A stretch of 55,394 bases of DNA, taken from contig WELA01001079.1 of NCBI GenBank assembly GCA_009602735.1, forward strand, positions 244,440 through 299,833. The letters run 5' to 3'. Below, in pieces: positions 25,621 through 37,648 of this stretch (position 1 is the first letter of the stretch; the number at the start of each line of letters is the position of its first letter). The translations under genes were made by a program, and so were the position numbers. Source of the stretch: Mesotaenium endlicherianum. Lineage: Eukaryota. The notes below the pieces were generated by a model. The model saw only the letters and a program-made list of their open reading frames with translations. It had not been told where the DNA came from and searched no databases.

Positions 25621-27672
25621 CTAGTAACCAATCGCTCTAGGCCTCCTTCTTCCTGGAGCTAAAACACTAGGTCGCTCCTCCACCTCCTCTTCCTCCACCT
25701 CCTCTTCCTCTACCTCCTCTTCTTCTACCTCTATCTCCTGTTCCTCACTCAACGATGCATGCATGGCAAGATTGAGACCCTCCTCTTCACGTGTCTCCAA
25801 GAACTCTGCTTCTTCAACCGATGGAGTTGCGCCAACACTTGGTCCAAGGAAGTCCAAACTCTTCTCTTGAAGTCTCAAAATAGAATGAACGTACACTAAC
25901 TTCTTTGCTCTAGTGGGGAGCAGCCTATTGCGAATCGAACTATGAACAAACCCGTACCTAGACCAATTTCTCTCACATGCAGCTGCTGAACCAGGTTGTG
26001 ACAATATTTTCATAGCAAGGAACTAAGGGTTAAGACGATGACTTCCGTGTGTTTCCCACCACTTGTGAGCAGGCGTCATAGTCTCATTAGCCTTGCAAAC
26101 ATCATCGCCAAAAATGTCACCGCTCTGCCGGTAGAGTGCCAACTCACGATCCACCAACGCTCGGTAAAGCACACTCCCTCCAACAAGGGTATTCTGCACG
26201 TTGGACCAATCGGTTAGGAGACACTTTTCAACTGCCCAAGACTCATGGTCTTTGAACTCAGGGTCCAGATAGTAGCCAATAGCCAAACAAAGTCAAGAAG
26301 CACACTCAGTATATGAGAACGCAATGCACATCACAAAAAAGAGCAATAACAATAACAAGCACAATATCAATAACAATGATCAACTCACAATAACAAGCAT
26401 GCAAGAGAACAGCAGCCAGCGAGCAAGAATAGTGAGCAACATCAAAATAGACTTTTCCCCGCAGAATGTAGGGGGCTGTGAAGTTGGTCCCAGCGAGCCT
26501 TCACGTCGTTCTTACCTTGGGTCCTTTGTGCTTGTTTGAGTCCTTCACCCTCAAGCACATGCACTTTAATGGCACTCATGTGAGCCCAGATCGTCCCAAG
26601 CGAGGGTTGTGGAGAGTCGACTAGTCGAAGGAGAACTACAATCGGCTCACACACGGCTACCCATACCTTCACTCGCTCCCAAAGTTCATCGTTGCGAACT
26701 AGGTCTCTAATCTCTGTAGCCTCACCTACACAACCATTCTTTGCCGCCCAATGAAGCCATCTTCTTTCAGACACCTTAGCTTGTAAGGTATCCCTCACAA
26801 CGATGAGTCTTTGCAAGCAAAGGAATTTACTAGCAAACCTCGTGGGCCCTGGCTTCAACAACTCCAAATTATTTCCAAGCCTTGCTTTATGCTCACGGTA
26901 AAGAGCGTGAGGCATGTGGTGGTTTGCAACAAATTGGACCAAGTGTTTGAAGCTATCAATTATGCCCTCAAGCTCTTTTATCTTTCCTATGTCTTTCAAC
27001 AGCAGGTTCAAAATGTGAGCAGCACAAGGCGTACAATATTTGTACGGGTGCTTCTCGCGAACCACATTACAACCAGCTAAAATATTTGCTGCAGAGTTTG
27101 TGCAAAGCTGTACAACATTCTCGGCCCCTATCTTCTCCACAGCTGCAAGTAGGTGGCTACCGATGTAGTCACCCATTTTCCCTTCACCCTCAGTGTTGAT
27201 AGCGTCCATGAACATCTCAGTGCCTCCCACAACCATAAGCACGTTAAGAAGAGGGTGCCCGCATGGATCGGTCCACCCATCTGCTACAACGCTACAACCT
27301 ATCCGCGGGAGTCCTTTCTTTTGTTCATTCTCCCAAGCCTCTAAGTACAGCACCTCTTTATCTAGTTAGGTACTTCCAAGAAGCTTATCCTTCATCCGTA
27401 CATTGTCAGGAACCTCCTCACACTGACTAACATCCTTATAGCCTCCCGTAAAATGGCCACAAATCCGCGTGGCTCCACAAGTAAACTCCCTAGGGCAATA
27501 AATGCACTTCACCTTCGGATATGAATTCACCTTCCGCAATGATGGTTACATGGCCCAACTCTGGACCAAACCTTGCAGCAACGGCCCTAAGGGGAAAACG
27601 AGCGCTTCAAGCCCCGGTGGACGTCCTCATTCCAGCAAGCGTTGCTCCAGACGAAGTGCATGGCTGAGACAT
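25621..27672 (-). pseudogene. hAT transposase with BED zinc finger, internal deletion and one intron
   Basis: MSQPCTSS start, KCIYC...GHFTGG...C, then jumps to KDKLLGST. VADGWTD, PCAAHILNLLLKDIG, PGPTRF, LHSAG, intron, YYLDPEF, ACERNWS. Confidence 0.92.
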
Positions 27673-27808
27673 GATGAAGGTGAAACATGCTATTATGAAG
27701 CACAACAACCAATAAGAGACAAAATAAGATGTCATTCAAACAACCCCCAAAAAAGCCAATAATTGCCTGGCAGCTCGCCTCGACTACAACCCAAAAACAG
27801 CAAGCAAG

Positions 27809-28169
27809 TGCAGAAAATAAGCAGTCCTAGCTCTAATTGCTTAGCACGTGCGTTTACATGTGTGGAGGTTGACTGAAGTTTGTGGTCGGTCGAGTCCAGC
27901 TAATGTTGGCTGAGAGTGTCGATGTGTAGGGCTTCTGATGACTAGGACTGTCGATTAGTTCAAGGTAGATTAGCAGCTGCAAATGTGAATATAGAAGGGC
28001 CGAGAAACTTGTAAGGGACACACTTGAGTAAGAAAGAGTTGAGCCCCCGAGAAAGAGAGTGCTCCTCTTGGTGTCGTGTGCATGCTTATATGTGTTATGT
28101 ATGAGCTGCAAGTGAAGAATTTGTCTTGCTATAGAAGGAGTGAGCAATGACAGATGAAGATTTTCAACA
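27809..28169 (+). repeat. 5' LTR, copia A
   Basis: tgcagaaaataagcagtcc...gattttcaaca. Confidence 0.96.
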
Positions 28170-31100
28170 TGGTATCAGAGCAGGTTCTAACTCTCGGCTC
28201 CCGCACTTCGATGGGAAGGGTACTGAGTATTTTGTGCGGTCGCGTAGAGTGTATGTACAGTTAGCCAGACATGATCTCAAGGAGATAGTGCTTGGAAATA
28301 ATAAGATCCCAGATCCACTCCAAGTGCCCGCTGCAAATGCTGATGCAGCAACCAGAGAAGCGTATGTTGCGAATGGAGCAGCTAGAGTTGCATGGCGAAA
28401 GAGGGAGGGACATGCATTTGATCTGCTTACAAAGAGCTTGGGTCAGGAGACCTACATGAGAGTGCTGAATTTAGAGACTAGCACAGCGATGTGGGAGTCG
28501 TTGAAGAACCTGCACCAGTAGTATAGTGTTGCTAACAGAGGCACCTTTAAGAAGAAGTTTGCTCTGTTGAAGGAAGAAGAGGGAGAGAGCGTGCAGTCTT
28601 ACTTCTCTCGCATCAGAGAAGTGTGTGAGGAATTAAAAGCCTTGGATGCCGAGGTGAATCAAGAAGATCAGGTGATTCAAGCTCTGAATGGATTGGATTC
28701 AAAGTTTGAGACCTTCAGAGACTCCCTGTCAGTGCTGACAACTGCTGAACTCACCATGGAGAACATTGAATCCAAGTTGCTCATTAAGGAGGTTCAGTTG
28801 GAGACCAAAGAAAAGGCAAGCTCATCCACTGAACAGGCTCTACTCATGTTTGGAGACAGGAAGTTTCGTCTGGTGGGCAATCAGCTAGTGGAGCAGATGG
28901 AAGAGCTTAGCGTGGCCAGTTCCAGTCGGCAAGGAGAAGGATGGGGAGAAAGGAGGTCAGGATCTCATAGAGGAGGCTATCAAGGCAAAGGAGGTGGAAG
29001 CAAGAAAGGGAGATGCTTCATTTGTTGGAAGACAGGACATTCTGCACCAAGCTGCGAGGATGCAATGTGCTCCACGTGCAACAAAAGGGACATCTGGCCA
29101 GGGATTGCAGCCAGAAGAGAGAAGGTACTTCCCTTCACGATGCTGAAGAAAATGCCAATGCTGTTACTATAGAGGAGTCACTGGTGTGCAGCGAGCAGGA
29201 TGAGGATGCCTGGTTTGTTGACTCAGGAGCTTCAAGACATGCCACTCCCAGGAGAGAGATCATGCTCAACTACAAGTCCTGCAGTCCAGTGCCAGTCAGA
29301 GTTGGTGATGGCATGCTGCTGCAAGGGATTGGAACTGGAAAGGTGGTAGTCATGACACAGCTAGGCAAGAGGACGCACCAATTTACGACGCAGGATGTGC
29401 TTCACTGTTCGGGACTAGTGAAGAATCTATTTTCAGTGCCAAAGACCACAGCCCTTGGAAACACAGTGGCTTTAGAAGGAAGTGAGTGTCGAGTCATAGA
29501 CTCGGACGGTGATGTGGTAATGAAGGCTGTGAAGTCAAGTGTTCAAGGCAGCTTGTTTATATTCCAGTGCCAAACTGAGATTGCTCTATCTGTAATAGAC
29601 CAGGCTCTTCAGGTTGAGTTTGCACTTGGTGCACAGGGAGGTGCCAAGCTGGAGAGTGACATCAACCTGTGGCACCAGAGGCTGGGACATGTGAGTGAGC
29701 AGAGATTGAAGCAGATGGCACAAGACAAAGAGAGAGGGCTGCCAAACTTTACAGGGCAGAGTTCAAAATTTTGCAGGGGATGTCAGATGGGGAAGCAGGC
29801 CAGGAAGGCATTCCTAAAGGGAGAAGCTTCAAGGGCTAGTGAGCTGCTGGGGTTGGTTCACTTAGATGTGAGGGGACCTGCTAGTGTAACAGCCTGATCG
29901 TCAAGAAACTTGTAGTACATCACCTTCATAGATGACTACTCCAGGAAGACTGAGGGGTATTTCATGAGAACCAAGGATCAGGCGTATGAAAAGTTCTTGA
30001 AGTACAAGGCATCCGTGGAGAAGCAGTTGGGAAAGAAGATCAAGACCCTGAGGACTAATAATGGGTCTGAGTATGTCCACGGCTACTTTGACAAGTTTCC
30101 GAGGGACGAAGGAATCAAGCATGAGCTGACTATCACTTACTCTCCTCAGCAAAATGGAGTTGCTGAGAGGAAGAACAGGACTCTTGTGGAGGCTGCAAGA
30201 GCAATGATCTTTGCGTCTGGTCAGAACGTGAGCTTGTGGGCAGAAGCTGTAAGCACTGCTGCTTATGTAAGTAACAGGCTGCCATCGGCTGCTATTGGTG
30301 GAAGGATTCCTGAGGAGGTCTGGAGTGGGAAGAAACTCTCTGTGCAAGAGTTGAGAGTCTTCGGGACAGAGGTGTGGTCCCATATTCCCTTGGACAAGAG
30401 GCACAAGCTGCAACCCAAATCTGAGAGGTGTGTACTTGTGGGCTACGACACCAACAGCAAAGGGTACAGGCTGGTGAAAGTGAGAACAGGAGAAGTGATC
30501 GTGAGCAGAGATGTGATCTTCAACGAGAAGGTGCTGGACCCTGGAAGCTCTAGACTCTATGAAGAGTTTGTACCAGAGGGAGAAGAGCAGAGCAGAGTTG
30601 AGACTCGGCTTCAAGCTACTGCAAGAGCTGCCCCTGCTGCTAGAGCTCAGGCATTGCCAGAGATGCCGCAACCAGGCATTAAAGCTTAGGAGGAGCCTGA
30701 ATCAAGGAGTGATGAGCAAGAGGGAGCAGCCTCTGATCCTGAGGACGAGGTCGAGTTCATTGGGGAGAGAACAGGACCAAGACTCTCAGAGGGAGCAGCA
30801 CAGGAGAGGAAGAGAACAAGTCCACAACCTCAGGGAGCGACAGCACCAGAGGAGAGAAGATCAAGGAGACTGGCAGGCAAGGAGCCAAAAGCCACTGAGG
30901 GAGCTGAGAGGAGCTCCAGATCACGTGTAGGAGGAGAAGCGTCCATTAGTGGAGAGAGTCATGGCTCATCTAGACACTCAAGAAGAGAGAGTGTGCCACT
31001 TGCTAGATTTGGCTTTGATGAGTATGTAAGTGTGGCTGAGTCCATGGCTGAGGAGGATGCTGTAGAGAGTGAGGTGGTCTACATGGTAGATGACTCAGAG

Positions 31101-32678
31101 CCCAAGACCTTTGAGGCTGCTATGTGAACAGAGGAAGCAGCTAAGTGGAGAAAGGCTTCTGAGGAAGAGATGGAGTCACTGGCAAAGACATGGGACCTGG
31201 CAGAGCTGCCACCTGGTAAGAAGGTTGGGGGAGGCAGGTGGATCTACAGGAAGAAGAGGAAGCAGATGGATCTACGGGAAGAAGAGGAAGCAGATGGATC
31301 AGTGGACAGATACAAGGCACGGTTTTTGGCAAAGGGCTACTCCCAAACAGAAGGAGAAGACTATCATGAGACTTTTGCACCAGTTGCCAAGATTGCCACA
31401 GTGAGAGTCGTGGCATAGATTGCCGCAGTGGAGGATATGGAGATGCATCAGATGGACGTGAAGACTGCATTTCTGTATGGAGAACTGGAGGAGGAGGTCT
31501 ACATGGAGCAGCCAGAGGGATTCATTGATGAGAAGTTCCCGAAGAAGGTGTGCAAGCTGAAGAAGTCCCTGTATGGACTGAAGCAGTCTCCAAGAATGTG
31601 GAACTAGAAGATAGACTCCTTTCTTCATGGTGAGGGATTTGTGAAGTCCAATGCTGACAGCAGTTTGTATATGAAAGGAGCAGGTGATGACAGGGTGATG
31701 CTGGTACTATATGTTGATGACCTGCTGCTCGTTGGCAAGAAGATGGTGGAGATACAGAAGGTGAAGGATGCCCTGAGTCGTGCCTTTGATATGAAGGACT
31801 TGGGAAAGGTACAGTTCCTGCTTGGCATTCAGGTGAAGAGAGATAGGGCCAAGAGGATTGTAATGCTGGGTCAGCCAGCAGTGCTAGAGAGGTTTGATAT
31901 GATGGGCTGTAAGCCTGTCAATGTGCCCCTTGATCCTAAGCACAAGGTGAGCTCGAGTATATGTGCTAAGGATGAGCATGAGTGGGAGATGATGTCTCAG
32001 GTGCCCATGAGGAAGGTTGCAGGTAGTATCATGTATCTGATGGTGTGCACACGTCCTGATATTGCTAACGCAGTCGGGATAGTGAGGCAGTCCATGGAGA
32101 ATCCAGGCCCTGCACAATGGGAGGCTATGAAGAGGATCCTGAGATATCTCAAGGGGACACCAAACCTGTGGTTGCACCTTGGAGGAAGTGATAGTGTGAG
32201 GCTAGAAGGGTGCAGTGATGCTGATTGAGGAGGAGACATAGACACTCGAAAGTCTACAACACGTTATGCATTCTCTCTGGCTGAGGGTGCTATGACCTGG
32301 ACGAGCAAGAGATAAAAGGTGGTGGCCTTGTCGTCCATGGAGGCAGAGTATATGGCAGTCTCACAGGCAGTGAGAGAGGCACTGTGGCTGAGAAGACTTT
32401 TGGAGGACCTGGGCTATGAGCAGAAAAGGCCCACTATTATTTTGAGTGATAGTCAGAGCTGCATTGCATTAGGGAAGAACCATGTTGAGCATGCTAGGAG
32501 TAAACATATAGATATTCAATATCATAAGAGCAGGGAGTGTGTGCTTGATGGTAGTGTAGAGTTCAAGTTTGTTAAAACTGATAAGATGGTGGCTGATGCC
32601 TTGACAAAGGCTATTCCTAGAGTAAAGCACCAATGGTGTGCTGAGATGCTAGGACTAAAAGAGATGGTGAGCAAATAG
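28147..32678 (+). pseudogene. gag-pol: Copia gag-pol (gag, two zinc knuckles, protease, integrase, RT, RNase H) with stops and frameshifts
   Basis: LPHFDGK, CFICWKTGHSAPSC, WFVDSGASRH, LWHQRLGH...[54 protein letters not shown]. Confidence 0.96.
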
Positions 32679-32696
32679 ATTAGAACTCAGAGGGAG

Positions 32697-33057
32697 TGTA
32701 GAAAACAAGCAGTCCTAGCTCTAATTGCTTAGCATGTGCGTTCACATGTGTGGAGGTTGACTGAAGTTTGTGGTCGGTCGAGTCCAGCATCTGTTGGCTG
32801 AGAGTGTCGATGTGTAGGGCTTCTGATGACTAGGACTGCCGATTAGTTCAAGGTAGGTTAGCAGCCGCAAATGTGAATATAGAAGAGCAGAGAAACTTGT
32901 AAGGGACACACTTGAGTAAGAAAGAGTTGAGCCCCCGAGAAAGAGAGTGCTCCTCTTGGTGTCGTGTGCATGCTTATATGTGTTGTGTATGAGCTGCAAG
33001 TGAAGTATTTGTCTTGCTATAGAACGAGTAAGCAATGACAAATGAAGATTTTCAACA
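32697..33057 (+). repeat. 3' LTR, copia A
   Basis: tgtagaaaacaagcagtcc...gattttcaaca. Confidence 0.96.
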
Positions 33058-33061
33058 GCAA

Positions 33062-34520
33062 GGGGCTGGCAGCCAGCCTCAACAAGAGCAAGCACGGGGT
33101 TGGCAGCCAGACCTGACAGAAGCTGCCAGCCCCAACAGGAGCAGCCAGTCCCAAGCCTGGCAGCCAGCCCCCCTGAAACTAAGCAAGGGACACAACAGCA
33201 GCCAGCCCCAACTAACACCCTAAACAACAAGGGGCTAGCAGCCTGCCCCAACTAAAGTCCTAAATTAGCAAGCAAGGAGCTGGTTGCTAGCCCAACTAAA
33301 CCAAGATAGGGGCTGGCAGCCAGCTCCGACAAAAGCAAGCTCGGGGCTAGCAGCCAGCCCTACAAAACCACAATAGGGGCTGGCAGTTAGCCCCGAATGA
33401 ACCAAGCAAGGGGCTGGCAGCTAGCCCCAAAGAAACCAAGCAAAGGGCTGGCAGCCAGCCCCAAATAAAGTCCTAAAACAGCAAGCAAGGGGCCGGCAGC
33501 TAGCCTCGACAAACGCAAGCTCGAGCCTGGCAGCCAGCCTCGATAAAGAAAACAAGGGGCACAAGAGAGAGCGTTAAAGAGGAAGGAGGGAGGGTCAAGG
33601 CACCTGTCCACGTGTCAAGGTCGCTCACGCGTCGATAGGCATGCGCATGGATAGGCACTAGGGGGTCTACTCACTCCTCTTTGTCTTGCCCTGCTTCACA
33701 CAAGACACAAAAAAGTAGACAATGTTGTAAAATGATAAAACAGACTGCTAGCCCAAATCAACAGGAAACAAATACGCAAGCTAGCCCATAAAAGCAAGCT
33801 GGGGGCTGTCAGCCCGCCCCTACTGAAATCCTAAAACACCAAACAAGGGGCTGGCAGCCCGCTCCAACTAATACCCCAAAACACCAAGTAAGGGGCTGGT
33901 CGCCCGCCCCGAATGAAATCCTAAACACCAAGGAAGGGGTTGGGAGCACGCCACGTCTAAAACCCTGAAACACCAAGCAAGGGGCTGGCAGTCTGTCCGG
34001 ACTAAAACCCTGGAACACGAAGCAAAGGGCTGGCAGCACGCCATGACTTAAATCCTAAAGCACCAAGCAAAGGGCTGGCAACCAATCCCGACAAACGCAA
34101 GAGAGGGACTGGCAGCTAGTCCCAATAAACGCAAGCTCGGAGCTGGCAGCCAGCCCCACAAAAGCAAGTAGGGGGCTGGCAGCCAGCCCCAACAAAAGCA
34201 AGCTCAGGGCTGGCAGCCAATTCCACAAAAGCAAGCAGGAGGCTGGCTGCCAGTCCCCCTCTTGCAGTCCCTTGCTTGCTTTTGTGGGGCTGGCTGCCAG
34301 CCCCGACAAACGCAAGAGAGGGACTGGCAGCCAGCCCCACTAAAACCTTAAAATAGCAATTAAGGGGCTAGCAGTTAGCCCCGCAAAAGCAAGGAGGGGG
34401 CTGGCAGCCAGCCCAAACAAAAGCAAGCTCGGATCTAACAGCCAGTCCCACAAAAGCAAGCAGGGGGCTAACAGCCAACCCCGAAAAAAGGAAGCTCGGG
34501 GCTGGCAGCCAGCCCCAACA
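33062..34520. repeat. Array of 19-bp palindromes GGGGCTGGC-A-GCCAGCCCC with A-rich 15-26 bp linkers in the 5' arm of hAT 2
   Basis: About 30 exact or degenerate copies in two blocks. A further unit at ~27766-27808 shows that copia A inserted into the array. Confidence 0.9.
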
Positions 34521-34760
34521 AAAGCAAACAAGGGGCACAAGAGAGAGCAGGAAAGAGGAAGGAGGGAGGGTGAAGGCACCTGTCCACGTGTCGTTGCTCA
34601 CGCGTCGATAGGCATGCGCGTCGATAGGCACAAGGGGGGTACACTCACTCCTCTTCGTCTTGGCCTGCTTCATACAAACAAGAGACAAAACTGTAAAAAG
34701 ACGCAATAGACAGCTAGCCCTAATCGACGGGACACAAATTCGCAAGCACAAGGAGAAAAG
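33545..34760. repeat. ~220-bp duplicated block closing each palindrome sub-array (33545-33790 and 34520-34760), with a weaker third copy at ~34970-35100
   Basis: ggggcacaagagagagc...ggcacctgtccacgtgtc...cacgcgtcgataggcatgcgc occurs twice. Confidence 0.8.
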
Positions 34761-35759
34761 CAACAATGAGCAGCACAACGAATGCACAACAAGTGCACAA
34801 AAACAGCAGCCGGGTCAGAAAAGGAAGGAAGCAAGATTGAACGACAACACAGGCACAATATGTTGCAAATAGAGCCGGGGAAAATGTGGCCAGGCAGGCT
34901 GTTGCTACAGCAGCGACAAAACAAAGAGAGATGCAAAGGCAGCAGGGGCATGAAAGCCAAATAGGTCCCTCTTGCGAAGAAAGACAGCAGAAAAGAGGAG
35001 GGGAGAGTGGCATGTGACCTGATGCACTTGTCAATGGACGGTGGCACGTCGATAGGCGCTAGATGGGTTCAACTTTGTGCTCTTTGTCTAGGCCTGCCAC
35101 TCACATGAACATTCACATTGTGAGCACTAGTGAGATAAGCCTAATTGAAAATCCATTACCAAAACCAACCACAATGAAACGGAATAAAAAACATCCATAA
35201 ACAAAACATGAATACATAATACAAGTAACAAGAACAAGCAAGCAAGGAAGCGAGGTCGTGAAGACGAGGTAAAGAAACTTACACTATTGATCAGCAGATG
35301 CACAATGAAAAACAAGAGGCTACCGAGCTGTTAAGTTGGCCTCACGGTTTGGCTTGTAAAGATTTGTGGCTGCACTACTTCGAAGCAGATGCATATGTGC
35401 AAGAGAGGGAAATTGGAACCAATGTCACGGTGGCCCAAACATTGGTGAAACTTTCACTTGTTTCTTTGTGTTCCCGCCCTTGCTGATAAAACTTGTCCGC
35501 AAGTACTGTTACGTTTCATCCCGTCAATTGACAACGATTTTAAAATAATAAGTGAAACGCAGCATGCAGTGCCAGACGTGAATGCGTCGGCGCGTCACTA
35601 GGCGGTGCGCACAAGTTGAAAATCAGACATACGCTTAGTTTGTGCGTATTGGTTCAGTACGCTTAATTAAGCGTACGAGGGTCGGCCTGTACGGCGTACG
35701 GCGTAACCCTGTGACGAAGATCAAGATCCTAGTAACCAGTGTCCTGTTACATGTGCACG

Positions 35760-37637
35760 ATGGCTCCCAGCACACAAAAGAAAACAGAAAGCGCAAGGCA
35801 GAAGAAGCCAGGAGGACAATGGAACAATGCCAGAAAAAGCTGGCGGCGACGTCCCTCACAACGAGAGAACAAGAAAGGGTTTGCAGACAACAAGAGGTGG
35901 CAAAAGAAGCACGGGGGAAGAAGGAGCAAGAAGCGGAAAACCTCGGGAAAGTTGAGAAGGAAAGAGGGAAGAAGCAACAAGAAGAAGCGGCGGCGGCAGA
36001 GGAGGAGAGAAGAAAGAAGGCTTAAGCTGACAGGCAAAAGAGCTTGGCCACTTATAGATATACTGTTGTGCGTGGCCAAACCTTTGATAGCCTGAAGGAA
36101 GCATTACTGGCAATCCAAGAGATCAACAAGCTGGAACAGACTAGACTTTTACAGAGGGAAGGAGCTGAAGCAGTGGATAAGTACATTGAAATAGATACTG
36201 CTGTGATCCTCAACAATCATTTTGCCAAGATGGTGGGCTATAGAGCAGAGCAGGCCCGGTACCTTGCCGATGATTTGGAGAACAAGCCAGTTCCACTATT
36301 GGGAATAGTGCGAGATTAGAGACTCATCAGGATGGTGAGCATGCAACCCGATAGCTTTAAGGATACGGCATTCTACCTCACACTACTGCCAGCTTACAAT
36401 GAGGAGGAGCTGGGAGTACTTGGCCAGGGAAGCAGGACAGCAGATGTTCTCTCCCCACTGGTTCCCTTGTAAGCTGAGAAAGGCTGCTCATGGACCCCAG
36501 TACTACCAGCAGCCCACAGACTGGAGGTGGATGACTGTCACCAACAAAAAGCAGGAGTGTGAGCCCAACCAGACGACTTCCACTATGGCCTAGAAGGCTA
36601 CCTCATCCTACCACCTCACATTGCCCCTTGGGACCCCAGACAAAATGGCCGCCTGAGTAACATGAATGCGAAGACCAAAAATCACAGGAGGAGGGGGAGG
36701 AAGTACTTCTCTAAGGAGAAGCATGCCTTTGTCAAATGGGCGAAGAATGCAGGCCGGATAGATATTAGTAGGCTGAAGGCCAAGCAACCTCAGCTTGCCC
36801 TAAGAAAGGGAGACCAGTAGATTTCTTCGTGTCTACCAGGGAGCAGGATCCATTAGTGGACAAGACTTCTAGTCTCTCTGAGGTGCAAGATGAAGAGGAT
36901 GTGGAAGAAGAACAAGGCAAAGGAGACGCATCAGGAGGTGGTACTTAGGAGACCCGGGGGCAGGGAGGAGCAGGGCCTCCTAAGGAGCCAGCTTCAGGTT
37001 TATGGAATGTGACCCCGGTCATGGAGGAAATAGAACCCCGCACACGCTCCCCAGCCCACCTGCCCAAGCGGGGAAAGAAGCTGATCTGACTGTACTTGGC
37101 AGCAGACAAAGGCAGAGATCCCCAGAGTAGAGGGGTGCAAGAAGAGGGACACGCGGGGTGGCCAGAGGTATGCCGGCCTCCTCCATCGCTGAGGGATATG
37201 TACCTCTTGCCAATGTATATTAACATCCTATTGGAATGCCTGTCTATGTGGGGATCAACACCCAGGTGGATGAAGAGCAAGCTACAATCCTTCGTTCTCC
37301 CCGAGGTCCGACTTTATATCAAACAGGGTTCTTTAGAAGCTGAAAGACCTCAAGGAATGTCCAGATTTAGGTTCAGATCTCAGTCTTCTCATCCTAAAGC
37401 CCCAAGAACAACCCCCTAGACAACAAAACATCCTCCACTTAAGGCTTGCTTGAGGTCTCTCTGTTTGCACCCCACGACGGCAGTGGACTAAGGGTGGAGG
37501 TGACAGCCACTGTCACTAGTAATCCCCACAGCTCGGCAACAGTGTGGAAGCAAGAGGCAAGCGGTGGGGGGGGTTAGTCCTGTTTAGTTCTTGACCAGAT
37601 ACTTCTTTAGTATAATGTTGTCAAGGCGACAACTTAA
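35760..37637 (+). pseudogene. Extra 3' ORF of gypsy family B, disrupted copy; unknown function
   Basis: MAPSTQKENRKRKAEEARRTMEQ...; colinear with the intact ORF at 50200-51978; several stops and frameshifts. Confidence 0.85.
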
Positions 37638-37648
37638 GTTGGAGGGAC

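Larger units (their letters stand above)
27809..33057 (+). mobile_element. Full-length Ty1/copia element A
   Basis: 361-bp LTRs at 27809-28169 and 32697-33057 (about 17 differences by hand count, ~95%). Perfect TSD gcaag. PBS tggtatcagagc 28170-28181. PPT agagggag 32689-32696. Confidence 0.97.
24046..35711 (-). mobile_element. hAT DNA transposon 2, complete ends
   Basis: TIRs aagggttacgccgtacg / cgtacggcgtaaccctg. 8-bp TSD tgacaaag / tgacgaag. The empty site is visible in gypsy B copy 2 near 52020-52030. Confidence 0.93.

Noticed and set aside
29901..30671. 256-aa antisense ORF
   Set aside because: Shadow of the copia integrase frame; no motifs.
33062..34520. CRISPR array
   Set aside because: Linkers are short and related to each other rather than unique, repeats are degenerate, there are no cas genes, and the context is a eukaryotic hAT arm.
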